Shown: positions 38,440 through 52,100 of the stretch, in pieces
How positions within the stretch are numbered: the first letter of the stretch is position 1
Layout: each line of letters opens with the position of its first letter
Assembly: GCA_032718475.1 (NCBI GenBank)
Contig: JAUCBJ010009136.1
Location: 186,001-250,000 of the forward strand
Direction: 5' to 3'
Length of the DNA stretch: 64,000 nucleotides
Source of the DNA: Nemertoderma westbladi
Lineage: Eukaryota; Animalia; Xenacoelomorpha
Made by a program: the position numbers and the translations under genes
The notes under the pieces: generated by a model
Database searches by the model: none
What the model was told of the DNA's origin: nothing
The model's input: the letters and a program-made list of their open reading frames with translations, nothing else

Positions 38440-41400
38440 GCTACACTCTCGAAATAATAATCGCTACACTCTCGAAATAATAATCGCCACACTCGAAATA
38501 ATAATCGCTACACTCTCGAAATAATAATCACTACACTCTCGAAATAATAATCGCTACACTCTCGACATAATAATCGCTATGCTCTTGAAATAATAATCGC
38601 TACGCTCTCGAAATAATAATTGCTATGCTCTCGAAATAATAATCGCTACGCTGTTGAAATAATAATCGCTACGCTCTCGAAATAATAATCGCTACGCTGT
38701 TGAAATAATAATCGCTACACTCTCGAAATAATAATCGCTACGCTTTCGAAATAATAATCGCTACGCTCTCGAAATAATAATCGCTACGCTTTCGAAATAA
38801 TAATCGCTACACTCTCGAAATAATAGTCGCTACGCTCTCGAAATAATAATCGCTATGCTCTCGAAATAATAATCACTACACTCTCGAAATAATAATCGCT
38901 ACGCTCTCGAAATAATAATCAATACGCTCTCGAAATAATAATCGCTACACTCTCGACATAATAATCGCTATGCTCTTGAAATAATAATCGCTACGCTCTC
39001 GAAATAATAATTGCTATGCTCTCGAAATAATAATCGCTACGCTGTTGAAATAATAATCGCTACGCTCTCGAAATAATAATCACTACGCTCTCGAAATAAT
39101 AATCGCTACGCTCTCGAAATAATAATCGCTACGCTCTCGAAATAATAATCACTACGCTCTCGAAATAATAATCGCTACGCTCTCGAAATAATAATGCTAC
39201 GCTCTTGAATTAATAATGCTACGCTCTCGAAATAATAATGCTACACTCTCGAAATAATAATCACTATGCTCTCGAAATAATAATCGCTACGCTCTCGAAA
39301 TAATAATCGCTATGCTCTTGAATTAATAATGCTACGCTCTCGAAATAATAATGCTACACTCTTGAAATAATAATCGCTATGCTCTCGAAATAATAATGCT
39401 ACACTCTCGAAATAATAATCGCTACGCTCTCAAAATAATAATCGCTGCGCTCTCAAAATAATAATCGCTACGCTCTCAAAATAATAATCGCTACGCTCTC
39501 GAAATAATAATGCTATGCTCTCGAAATAATAATTGCTACGCTCTCGAAATAATAATCGCTACACTCTCGAAATAATAATCACTACGCTCTCGAAATAATA
39601 ATCGCTACACTCTCGAAATAATAATCGCTATGCTCTCGAAATAATAATCGCTACGCTCTCGAAATAATAATCGCTACGCTCTCGAAATAATAATGCTACA
39701 CTCTCGAAATAATAATGCTACACTCTCGAAATAATAATTGCTACGCTCTCGAAATAATAATGCTACACTCTCAAAATAATAATCGCTACGCTCTCGAAAT
39801 AATAATCGCTACGCTCTCAAAATAATAATCGCTACGCTCTCGAAATAATAATCGCTACGCTCTCAAAATAATAATCGCTACGCTCTCGAAATAATAATTG
39901 CTACGCTCTCGAAATAATAATGCTACACTCTCGAAATAATAATCGCTACGCTCTCGAAATAATAATGCTACACTCTCAAAATAATAATCGCTACGCTCTC
40001 GAAATAATAATTGCTACACTCTCGAAATAATAATCACTACGCTCTCGAAATAATAATCACTACGCTCTCGAAATAATAATGCTATGCTCTCGAAATAATA
40101 ATCGCTATGCTCTCGAAATAATAATCGCTACGCTCTCGAAATAATAATTGCTACGCTCTCGAAATAATAATTGCTATGCTCTCGAAATAATAATCACTAC
40201 ACTCTCGAAATAATAATCACTACACTCTCAAAATAATAATCGCTATGCTCTCGAAATAATAATCGCTACGCTCTCGAAATAATAATGCTACACTCTCGAA
40301 ATAATAATCGCTACGCTCTCGAAATAATAATGCTACACTCTCAAAATAATAATCGCTACGCTCTCGAAATAATAATCGCTACACTCTCGAAATAATAATC
40401 ACTACGCTCTCGACATAATAATCACTACGCTCTCGAAATAATAATTGCTACGCTCTCGAAATAATAATCGCTACACTCTCGAAATAATAATCACTACGCT
40501 CTCGAAATAATAATCACTATGCTCTCGAAATAATAATCACTACGCTCTCGAAATAATAATGCTACACTCTCGAAATAATAATCGCTACGCTTTCGAAATA
40601 ATAATCGCTACACTCTAGAAATAATAATCACTACACTCTCGACATAATAATCGCTATGCTCTTGAAATAATAATCGCTACGCTCTCGAAATAATAATTGC
40701 TATGCTCTCAAAATAATAATCACTACGCTCTCGAAATAATAATCACTACGCTGTTGAAATAATAATCGCTCGGCTCTCGAAATAATAATCGCTACGCTCT
40801 CGAAATAATAATCGCTACGCTTTCGAAATAATAATCGCTACACTCTCGAAATAATAATCGCTACACTCTCGACATAATAATCGCTACGCTGTTGAAATAA
40901 TAATCGCTCGGCTCTCGAAATAATAATCGCTACGCTCTCGAAATAATAATCGCTACGCTCTCGAAATAATAATCACTACGCTCTCGAAATAATAATCACT
41001 ACGCTGTTGAAATAATAATCGCTCAGCTCTCGAAATAATAATCGCTACGCTCTCGAAATAATCGCTACGCTTTCGAAATAATAATGCTATGCTCTCGAAA
41101 TAATAATCGCTACGCTCTCGAAATAATAATCGCTATGCTCTCGAAATAATAATCACTACACTCTCGAAATAATAATCACTACGCTGTTGAAATAATAATC
41201 GCTCGGCTCTCGAAATAATAATCGCTACACTCTCGACATAATAATCGCTATGCTCTTGAAATAATAATCGCTATGCTCTCGAAATAATAATCGCTACGCT
41301 CTCGAAATAATAATCGCTATGCTCTCGAAATAATAATCACTACACTCTCGAAATAATAATCGCTACGCTCTCGAAATAATAATTGCTATGCTCTCGAAAT

Positions 41401-43522
41401 AATAATCGCTACACTCTCGAAATAATAATCGCTACGCTCTTGAAATAATAATCACTACACTCTCGAAATAATAATCGCTATGCTCTCGAAATAATAATTG
41501 CTATGCTCTCGAAATAATAATCGCTACACTCTCGAAATAATAATCGCTACGCTCTCGAAATAATAATTGCTATGCTCTCGAAATAATAATCGCTACACTC
41601 TCGAAATAATAATCGCTACGCTCTCGAAATAATAATCGCTACGCTGTTGAAATAATAATCGCTACACTCTCGAAATAATAATCGCTACGCTCTCGAAATA
41701 ATAATCGCTACGCTGTTGAAATAATAATCACTACACTCTCGAAATAATAATCGCTACGCTCTCGAAATAATAATTGCTATGCTCTCGAAATAATAATCGC
41801 TATGCTCTCGGAATGCTACGCTCTCGAAATAATAATCGCTACGCTCTCGAAATAATAATCGCTACACTGTTGAAATAATAATCGCTACACTCTCGAAATA
41901 ATAATCACTACGCTGTTGAAATAATAATCGCTACACTCTCGAAATAATAATCACTATGCTGTTGAAATAATAATCGCTACACTCTCGAAATAATAATCGC
42001 TATGCTCTCGAAATAATAATCGCTACGCTGTTGAAATAATAATCGCTACACTCTCGAAATAATAATCACTACACTCTCGAAATAATAATCGCTACGCTCT
42101 CGAAATAATAATTGCTATGCTCTCGAAATAATAATCGCTACGCTCTCGAAATAATAATCGCTACGCTCTCGAAATAATAATCGCTATGCTCTCGAAATAA
42201 TAATCACTACACTCTCGAAATAATAATCGCTACGCTCTCGAAATAATAATTGCTATGCTCTCGAAATAATAATCGCTACACTCTCAAAATAATAATCGCT
42301 ACGCTCTCGAAATAATAATTGCTATGCTCTCGAAATAATAATCGCTACACTCTCGAAATAATAATCGCTACGCTCTCAAAATAATAATCGCTACGCTGTT
42401 GAAATAATAATCGCTACACTCTCGAAATAATAATCGCTACGCTCTCGAAATAATAATCGCTACGCTCTCGAAATAATAATCACTACGCTGTTGAAATAAT
42501 AATCGCTCGGCTCTCGAAATAATAATCGCTACGCTCTCGAAATAATAATCGCTACGCTTTCGAAATAATAATCGCTACACTCTCGAAATAATAATCGCTA
42601 CACTCTCGAAATAATAATCGCTATGCTCTCGAAATAATAATCACTACACTCTCGAAATAATAATCGCTACGCTCTCGAAATAATAATCAATACGCTCTCG
42701 AAATAATAATCGCTACGCTCTCGAAATAATAATCGCTACGCTCTCGAAATAATAATCGCTACACTCTCGAAATAATAATCGCTACACTCTCGAAATAATA
42801 ATTGCTACACTCTCGAAATAATAATCGCTACGCTCTCGAAATAATAATCGCTACACTCTCGAAATAATAATCGCTACACTCTCGACATAATTATCGCTAT
42901 GCTCTTGAAATAATAATCGCTACGCTCTCGAAATAATAATTGCTATGCTCTCGAAATAATAATCGCTACGCTGTTGAAATAATAATCGCTACGCTCTCGA
43001 AATAATAATCACTACGCTCTCGAAATAATAATCGCTACGCTCTCGAAATAATAATCGCTACACTCTCGAAATAATAATCGCTACACTCTCGAAATAATAA
43101 TCGCTACGCTCTCGAAATAATAATCGCTACACTCTCGAAATAATAATCGCTACACTCTCGACATAATTATCGCTATGCTCTTGAAATAATAATCGCTACG
43201 CTCTCGAAATAATAATCGCTACGCTCTCGAAATAATAATCGCTACGCTCTCGAAATAATAATTGCTACACTCTCGAAATAATAATCGCTACACTCTCGAA
43301 ATAATAATCGCTACACTCTCGAAATAATAATCGCTACGCTCTCGAAATAATAATCGCTACACTCTCGAAATAATAATCGCTACACTCTCGACATAATTAT
43401 CGCTATGCTCTTGAAATAATAATCGCTACGCTCTCGAAATAATAATTGCTATGCTCTCGAAATAATAATCGCTACGCTGTTGAAATAATAATCGCTACGC
43501 TCTCGAAATAATAATCACTACG
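38440..43522. repeat. Tandem satellite, 23-bp unit GCTACGCTCTCGAAATAATAATC (left part, interrupted by the BEL element)
   Basis: About 220 copies; resumes in phase after 61598. Confidence 0.98.
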
Positions 43523-43649
43523 TATAGAATTATATTCCCTAAATGCCGTGGATTTTCAAAATTTTTATTTTATTCGGATTAACTTTGTAAAGATTGCTTT
43601 GAGTTCTCATTCGTATTGGTTCTATCATTTGTACATCTATCGGTCAAGT

Positions 43650-43736
43650 GGTTCAGTAGCTCAGTCGGTAGAGCGTTGGAAACTATATGTGTAGTAGGTA
43701 TCGAGTTCGAATCCTAGTAAGTGCGAATTATTTTTT
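43650..43736 (+). promoter_or_regulatory. tRNA-like Pol III unit in the LTR (A box, B box, T6 terminator); second copy at 59839-59925
   Basis: TAGCTCAGTCGGTAGAGC (A box/D-arm), GAGTTCGAATCC (B box), then TTTTTT. Acceptor and T stems do not pair well. Confidence 0.7.
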
Positions 43737-43793
43737 GTACAGAATTTCAACTCGTTTAAATTAACCGCTACAAATTAATTGCATTTGTCTGTA

Positions 43794-43939
43794 CCAATGA
43801 GATTGTAGTTATTTTATTGTAACCAATGTCGTGCAAGTTATATATTAGCTGGACCAATAGCTATCTTTAAAACCTTGTTAGAACCCATAGAACAATCGAG
43901 AATTTTCTCGATTGATTGCGGCACAAATTTGCTATAAAA
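43794..43939 (+). promoter_or_regulatory. LTR Pol II promoter: three CCAAT boxes and a TATA box
   Basis: CCAAT at 43794, 43823 and 43854 (~30-bp spacing); palindrome CAATCGAGAA/TTCTCGATTG; TATAAAA at 43933; TTAGTT/TCAGTT initiator-like motifs downstream; AATAAA at 44053. Confidence 0.65.
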
Positions 43940-45132
43940 AGGTGCGATTTGTTCATTAGTTATATATATTCTCTCAGTTATTCAGTTATCTGATATTTGT
44001 TTATTCTGTCATTAGTTTTCAGATTACATTGTATTATAATTATATCTTCTGTAATAAAGTCAGAATATTCTCTCAGCTTTTCTATCTGTTTTACTATGGA
44101 TTCACTACGGTGAACAAACTTAGGGACAGGATGGCCGGCTAGAGATCGGGCCGCAGCAATGAACGGGAACATCACGGGAATGTAGACGAGAGACAACCCG
44201 CAATACCATTTAGAGTTATTCGCCCATCGCCTGAAAGGTTAGACAGCGTTCGACAGTGTCCATTGCATTAGAACTTGTAGGCTAGGGGGGTTGCTGTGTT
44301 TTCACCTGAATTGGGATTGTACCGTTCAGGCGGTAGGGCAGTTTACGTACTAGGCGCAAATAAATTGAGGCTATCAGGGATATACTAACATCTACCGTGT
44401 CCCCGCCAACGCCCTAATAGGAAGTTACCCGGACTACCTGGGTGACTAAAATTCTAGATAGGAGCCAGGATAGCTATTAGTACCCGTACGCCTACAGTAG
44501 TAAACTAACACATCTCTTCTTAGTATCAGGGACCTGGTACCTAAAATTGCCGAATTCTGGGCGTAGTATTAACCTTATGCCTGAATTTGAGTCCTGGAAA
44601 TACGCAAGAGGGGAAGGAACCTTATCATTTGTGAGTATTGGACCTACAAGTTACAAAATTAGAATATTCGTAAAATGCACACCGTACCCAGTAATTATAT
44701 ATGTGAAGGAGCAAAACTGTTTTGACCGTTCAGAATTAACACACGCGCGTTAGAAATTATTTACACCTCGAAATATATAAAATTAACTTTGTCCGTACTG
44801 TGCTTTGCCCGCTAGTTAGACATCTCCAAATCTCTGCCTGTACCTAGCTAGCGTCTCTTCGCCCAACCATATAAATCACACCGCGGCAAAGTATACGAGC
44901 CCCTTAGTCCGTCAGTGAGTCAGCCTGACTTTAGGATTCGCTGCGCGGGATTTGTTTTATCGAAGTTTGTCTGCTCGTAGACTGTTTTCTGCCTCACCGG
45001 TTATAAGAGATCGATACTGCAATATATTCGCTTACTTAGAGTTTACTGTTTTGGTGAGAAGGTCGGATTTATGATTTGATTTACAAACTTTACAGTAGGA
45101 TATTGCAGGTATTGTTACCGTCTCTTCCAATA

Positions 45133-45143
45133 GTAGGAATGTG
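45133..45143 (+). other. Primer-binding-site position, non-canonical (GTAGGAATGTG)
   Basis: Immediately follows the 5' LTR, lacks TGG, and is the exact reverse complement of 60564-60574 in the intact LTR. Confidence 0.55.
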
Positions 45144-46169
45144 TTTTACTGAACTACGGTTCGGTAGGACTAAAGTTTTTTGAAAATTTTGTATTTTGAG
45201 GTAAAAATTTGTATTTGATTAGCTAAGTGCTAATTTTTTGAAATAAAATTTGATTTGAACCGCGTGTAAAATATTTTTGGAATTGAATACCGGTGTTTAA
45301 AAAAGGGTTTAAATACCATATTGTACCGGTACAAAATTTTCGTAAAGTAAAACCTAACTCTTTTGTTTTTCAGGATTCAGAACTCATTTCTAGACTGTAA
45401 CGGGAGCAAGACCGTGTTTAGCAAGTTTGGGAGATAGATAACTCAACAACTTTGGTTGGGAAAATCGCGTTTCGTCCGCAACGTTAAAAACGGAAAGGTT
45501 CACGTTCGGTTTGTATCTGGGAATCTGTTTTTCTGGAGAATCATTGGAGTGGGTGAGTTTGAAAAGTTGCATAAATAAGTTAGGCATTACCGTATTAGTT
45601 AAAATTATTGTGGGTTCCACTGTCTCAAGTATTTATGCATTCCGTATGATTTCTTTGTTCATTGCTGAATTAGTCCGTATTATTGTATTTAATTTATCTT
45701 TTGATAACGCATATCGTTATCCGATTTATTTGTTATAAAATTGGCCGCTAGGCTAATTTTATTATATACTTATTCCGTGACATTTATTTGCTGTAAAATT
45801 GGCCGTTTAGGCTAATTTTATCCATCTGCTATAAAATCGGCCGGTAGGCTAATTTTATAAGACTGTAATTAGTACCGTTTTGTACAAATACGGTAAACTC
45901 GATACTTTGACACTCACTTTACTTGACTTACAACTACCGAAATGAGTGACAAACAAGACTATACGAAAAATACACAAACCGACTATGACTCATGTGACGG
46001 AGATAAGTCAGCAGCGGAAGAACAACAGGGGAAGACTCGCGAGCCTACCGAACCTACACCGTGTGCGTCACCAGTACATCCAACGGGAGTACCGGATGCC
46101 GTAGTACGAGGTGACGGCAGGACCGAGGACTTTCTAAGTGTTCCGCAACCTTGATATAGGGAAACGGAC

Positions 46170-49100
46170 ATGGTAAGTTCAGCAGGAAGCCAGGAAAGTG
46201 TGGTTAGAAGCGTCGGAGGTTACATGGCGCATATAACCAGGAGTATTGGAGAAGGTCATCGCATATTAGACGGGTTGACCGCTCCGATGTCTCGATTCGA
46301 GTTCTACACCCTCCAGGTTAGGGTACAGAGTAAAGTATATAAGTCCGTAGATAATCTAGTTGGCCTACAAGATCTAGCTAGACAGAGACAGGACATGGAT
46401 ACTCAACTTAGAATCCTCGAGAAACTAATGATCGCTAGAGAGAAACTGATCCAGTTTAAGTCGACGATTAGACAGATACAACAGGAACAAGCGGACCAGT
46501 TGTTAGGTGAGTCAGTTTCGGACGAATTATTACAGCCCGAGGAAGAACAGGAATTGTACCGATTGGATGGACAATTGAAACATTTGACGGACCACTTACG
46601 TATGTGCGGCGAAGACGTCAGCGATTCGGAAACCGTGCCGGAATATACGAGGGAAACTTCACCCGTACGAATCGAATCGGCACCGGGAATACTGGACCAA
46701 TCGTTAGTGAGTATTCGCAGCGAAATTGGCGAGATAAGTATAGTGACGTCAGAAATTTCCAGACAGCAACAACAGCACGACAGACAACGACGAGAAGCGG
46801 AGGAACAAGCACAACTGTTGACGGCACAAGCAGCGATGCAAGAAGAGAAACTACGCGTTGCGAATGTTGCAAGAATCTCTCATCTGCAAGAACAAGCCGA
46901 GTTGGAAGCAGCCGAGATGGAAAGGTTGGAGCTAGAAATAGCACAGCGAACAGCGACAGCTGAGTTAGCGCAACAAGCGGCAGCAGCTGAGTTAGAACGA
47001 CAAGCAGCAGCAGCGGAGTCGGAGCGACGAGCAGCAGCAGCGGAGTCGGAGCGACGAGCAGCAACAGCGGAACTAGAGCGACGAGCAGCGGAGTTGGAAG
47101 AACACAAGCGAGTTTCGGAAGCAAGAGCTGAAATGAAAAAACGGCAAATAAAGGCTCAATCAGCGATAAGACAAGCGGAGCTCGAGGCGCAACAACAACA
47201 GACGGAACAACGCGAGAAGGAAGTTAAACTTCATTTCGAACTCGGAAAGAAGGCGAGAGAATTAGCCAATGCGAAGGAAGATCTGGATCTACAAGCCCGC
47301 GATCGATCGATGAGATCTCGAGATGGACACGATCTAGACCAGTTAGAGGTAAGGCACCGCCAAATCCAGGAACGAATGAAGGAAGGTTCGGTAGGGGCAC
47401 CTGGACGAGAAAGACAATTAGTTAAGGACTTATGTCAAAGATTCCCTCAGGTAACTCCTATGTTTGCACCTGTTACGACTAAAGAACCTGTTTCGATTGC
47501 TGGTAGCAGTGATATCTCTCCTATCCATGGTGTGACGGAACACAGGTTTGTTATTCCGGACAAGTTTATACCTTCAAGAGCAACGTCGTCGCCTATTCCG
47601 AAAGTCAAGGTAAGTAACCCGCCGATTACAGATCGTAGTAGTTTGTTGACTGGACCTGCACTACTGACGACTAAACAGGTGAGTCCACCGTCGACCCCTA
47701 AACCTGTTACACACTACGCTTACCCAATGACGTTTCGACCAACAAGGCCTTTGGATTCAAAAGCGGTCATTCGCCCACCGATTCAGTTTACATCGCAATC
47801 TACGACTTCGAGGAAGACTTGTGAGCCTACCGAACAACGGAGAACAGTGGAGACGCGACCGTTCAACCAGTGTACATCGCAATCTACGACTTCGAGGAAG
47901 ACTTGTGAGCCTACCGAACAACGGAGACTAGTGGATACGCGACCGTTCAACCAGTGTACATCGCAATCTACGACTTCGAGGAAGACTTGTGAGCCTACCG
48001 AACAACGGAGAATAGTGGACGATGTTCCGAAACGGAACGTTAGAATTCGTACGACGCAACGAACGCGAGCACGTCGACCACCATATCCAGATGATAGTAG
48101 TACTTCGAGCGAATCGGATTACCCGAAACGCGAGGTATTTAGAACAGGGGCGGCCGATGAATATAAACGCGAGCGTTCAGACAACTCCTTTGCAGACAAT
48201 CCTCCACAGAATACACCAACACAGAAGGCGTTACAACCAACGGACGCAATTAGTACACAACAGTTCGCCGACATCATGCGACCAGTTGTTAACAAGTTGG
48301 CTCAGATCGAGGAACGTCTGGAGGAAGGTTACACCGACAGTTCGAGAAATTCCGAATTCGAACACAATAGACACCCGAAGGAACCACAAAGACCGGTACC
48401 TTCAAAACACACATCGTATCAGGGAAAGGCGCCAAGAAGGGAGAATATCAACCAGGTTACCAACCAAGGACGCGAAACTCTGAACGTTGCCGAGGAGATA
48501 GCGAAATTCGCAGCCAGACAAGGATTGCCGGTACAACAACCACCGAAGTTTTCCGGTAGCTCAAAACACTGGCATACTTTCGTAGACTATATCGAATCCC
48601 AGATCGCCGTGTGCGCCTTTACATCACGGGAGAAGTTTAATTACCTGCTTCAAACGTTGTCAGGAGAACCTAAACGTTTGGCGGAGACTTTCGTCGGTGT
48701 ACCGGACGCTTTCGAACTAGCGTACGATCGTTTAACTTCGATATACGGAGGTACAGTTAGTATGGCCAGGTCAGTAATAGAGGAACTCTGTAAGGGAGGG
48801 GCTATCACTAAACCCGTCGACTTACTAAAACTAGCTGACGAGATCAAGAACGCTATCACTACCTTAAGATCAATTGGACAACTTGATTACGGGAATACCC
48901 CTACAGTCCTATTAAAGATCATAGGACGACTCCACCATCGACTTCGTCGGGAGTGGAGGAAGGTCGAATACCAGCGAGAAGAGCGGGGAGGATTCTTAAA
49001 ATTAGAAGATGTGTACCTTTTAATATCCAGGGAGGCGGTAGTAGAAACTCGATCTAACTACACCGACCAGCACATCGTGGCAGAAGGGATCACATTGCCA

Positions 49101-52100
49101 TCCTCCAACCGACAAAAACCCCAGACAACATCCACTAAGACGGCCACTTACACCACACCGACGGAATCACGACAATTCTCGGACGGAGGTAGGGTATCTG
49201 CGCCCATTGGGACAAAACAAACGAGACAGCAACTTGGTACCGACTTCAGTGGCTGCCAATACTGCGAGCATCTAGGTAAGCGGTATATCGGTCACAAGTT
49301 ACGAGGTTGTCGACAATTTCGCGAGTTGAACTCGGAAGAGCGACGGCTGCAAATACGGCCACTGGACTCTTGTTGGCGGTGTACGCGACACGGACACGTC
49401 CGTAAAGATTGCCCAAATACCGACACTTGTCCATCCTGTGGACGCAACCACGACGGTCTGCTCCACACAGACAGCCACACGCCGACGAAACGCTTCGCCA
49501 GGGAACACCCGGAAGCAGCAGCGAGATGTGATGCGGCTTACCGAAAACGAGAATCGAAAACGACTCCAACCTTCGTGACCCATATTGAGGATTGCTTCTC
49601 AGAACAATCCGGATCGTCGGACGAAGAATCAGAAGACGACGAATATTCCAATGGAGACGAACAACCGTCGATCGCGCTTCTGACCACTGACCAACTGAAG
49701 GGATTCAGTGTAATCCCGATTAAGATCACTGGCACAAAGGGGAGTAAGAGGATCTACGCGATTCTAGATTCAGCCTCATCTCATAGCTACGTGGATGAAA
49801 AGATAGCTGACGTAGTGACGGATCTTAAACAAGGTAAGCATGTCAGTTATACAGTAAGTAGTATGCACGGACAGCGTGCAATACCAGTAACACGAGTTAA
49901 GTTGGACTTAGACTCTCTTCTTCCAAAATCGCAGCACAGCGAGAGGGAGAGGTCTTTGTTGCCCTTTAGAGATCTAACCTTTGCGGCCACGAAGGACTTT
50001 AGTAACCTACTAGGTCCAGTGCCGGAACAATCTCTAGAGGACCGTAAGTATTTCAGACACCTTGGTGTACCCGAATGTCCTGTCAATTATAGATCGGTAG
50101 CCATGCTGATCGGGACGGACCAATTCAACCTACATCAGGTGTGGGAAACTAGACCATCGGCAGTTGTAGCGGGAAACGCATACGCCTGCAGAACGCCGAT
50201 AGGGTGGTATACTCGAGCGCCTATGCGCACACTAGACGTAAGTGACGAGGAAGACGATGTACAGAGTACATGTAGTTTATTAACTACAAATTCAATTCAT
50301 TCCTTTTCACACGACGTGAACCATACTACACTACAGTCGACAAAACATAACAGACGTGTAACTAGTATGATAAGTCACAAGGAGCAGCTAATTCACCAGG
50401 TGAGTTTAGAACTTGGGGAGAAGACGAGTCAGCTAGAGATTCCATCGACGACAGATGATAGGCTTGCGAGTCTACCTACCCCAATAACCTCAACAGTGCC
50501 CGTCGAGATCGATGATGATGCGTTGAGAAATCATCAGTTGGAACAAGCTGTACTAGACAAGGAATTAACGGAGAAGACTATCAGGTGGTTGGAACAAGAT
50601 ACAGCTGAACCTGGTAGCTACGAACCTTGTATGTCAGAACAGGAGAAACAATCTCTGAAGATCATGGAAGATACTATCCGCCAGACGAAAGACGGACATT
50701 ATGAGGTAGGGATGTTATGGCGTAGCCAAAGTCCTAAACTTATAAACAACTATCCACTAGCCTTGAGACGTCTACACTCAATACGGCAACGTCTATTAAA
50801 GGACGAGAAAGCCCATCTGCAGTATAACACTCAGATGGAGACGTATTTGACTAAGGGATACGCTATCCGAATGACTAACCCAGAGATAGTGACTAACCAG
50901 ACATACTACCTGCCACATCACTATGTGAGACATCCCGACAAACCAGATAAAGTACGCGTAGTCAATGATTGTGCGGCTCTATTTGAGGGAATGTCCCTCA
51001 ATAGTGAGTTGATGGATGGACCAAACATGAATAATTATCTTATGGGGGTGATTATGCGCTTCCGTCAGCGACAAGTAGCTTTTACTTGTGACGTTGAAGC
51101 GATGTTTCACCAAGTGAGAGCGTTAGAGCGAGACAGAGACAGTTTGCGGTTCCTCTGGTACCCGGAAGGAGACTTAAGTCTACCACCGGCGACTTACCAA
51201 ATGCAAGTTCGCGTTTTCGGTGCCAGAGACAGCCCAAATTGCACGATGTACGCCCTAAAGCAGGCCGCTAGAGATCAGAAACACCTGTATGACCCAGAGA
51301 TAATTAGAATTGTGGAACGTGACTTTTATGTAGATGACGGTTTACAGAGTTGCGACACAGTAGAACGTGCTACAACAGTAGCACATCAATTACGGGACTG
51401 CTTAGCGGGCGGAGGTTTTAACCTCACCAAATTCGCCTCAAACAGTGCCGAATTAGTAGACTCATTCGGGACGACTGAGCGTGGAGGTGGTGACATAGAC
51501 CTAGAGTTCGAACCACTACCGACGACTAAGGTGTTGGGGCTCTTTTGGGACCCAAACACAGACAACTTCCGAGTGAAAGTGAGACTGGACAGTCAAGAGA
51601 ACACACTGACAAAGAGATCATGCTTGTCAAAGTTGAGCCGATTGTTCGATCCGTTAGGATTCATCAGTCCAGTGATACTGCAAGCCCGCATTTATATGCG
51701 CAGTATATGGAAGGATGGACTAACATGGGACGAGCCGATCTCATCAGACCAAGTGGACTTATGGAAGACCTGGGAGGCGGAATTATCTTCGCTAGAGGAT
51801 TATTCCATACCCAGGGTTTACTTTCCATTACAAAGTACATTTCCTGACAACTTGGAACTACACTGTTTTTCTGACGCCAGTGACAACGGTTTTGGTGTGG
51901 CAGCGTACTTGCGCAGACAAGTAGAATCAGACGAGTTCGATGTTTCGCTCATTACTTCTAAGGCTAAGACCATGCCTACTAAGTATATGACGACACCACG
52001 AGCCGAGCTACAAGCCGCAACCCTGTCAACCACCATCGTGAACCTCATACAGACAGAACTACAGTCGAGTTTACAGATATTTTATTGGACTGACGCAACG

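Larger units (their letters stand above)
43523..45132 (+). repeat. 5' LTR (1610 bp; lacks a 277-bp segment at 44253 relative to the 3' LTR)
   Basis: Direct repeat of 59712-61598; termini TATAG...CAATA; at least 4 substitutions seen between the copies. Confidence 0.96.

Noticed and set aside
43650-43725. Functional tRNA gene in the LTR
   Set aside because: Acceptor, anticodon and T stems do not pair; only the A/B boxes and D-arm remain.
43978-44753. Short ORFs in the LTRs (72 aa minus, 68 aa plus; duplicated at 60167 and 61013)
   Set aside because: Non-ATG starts and no motifs; duplicated only because the LTR is.
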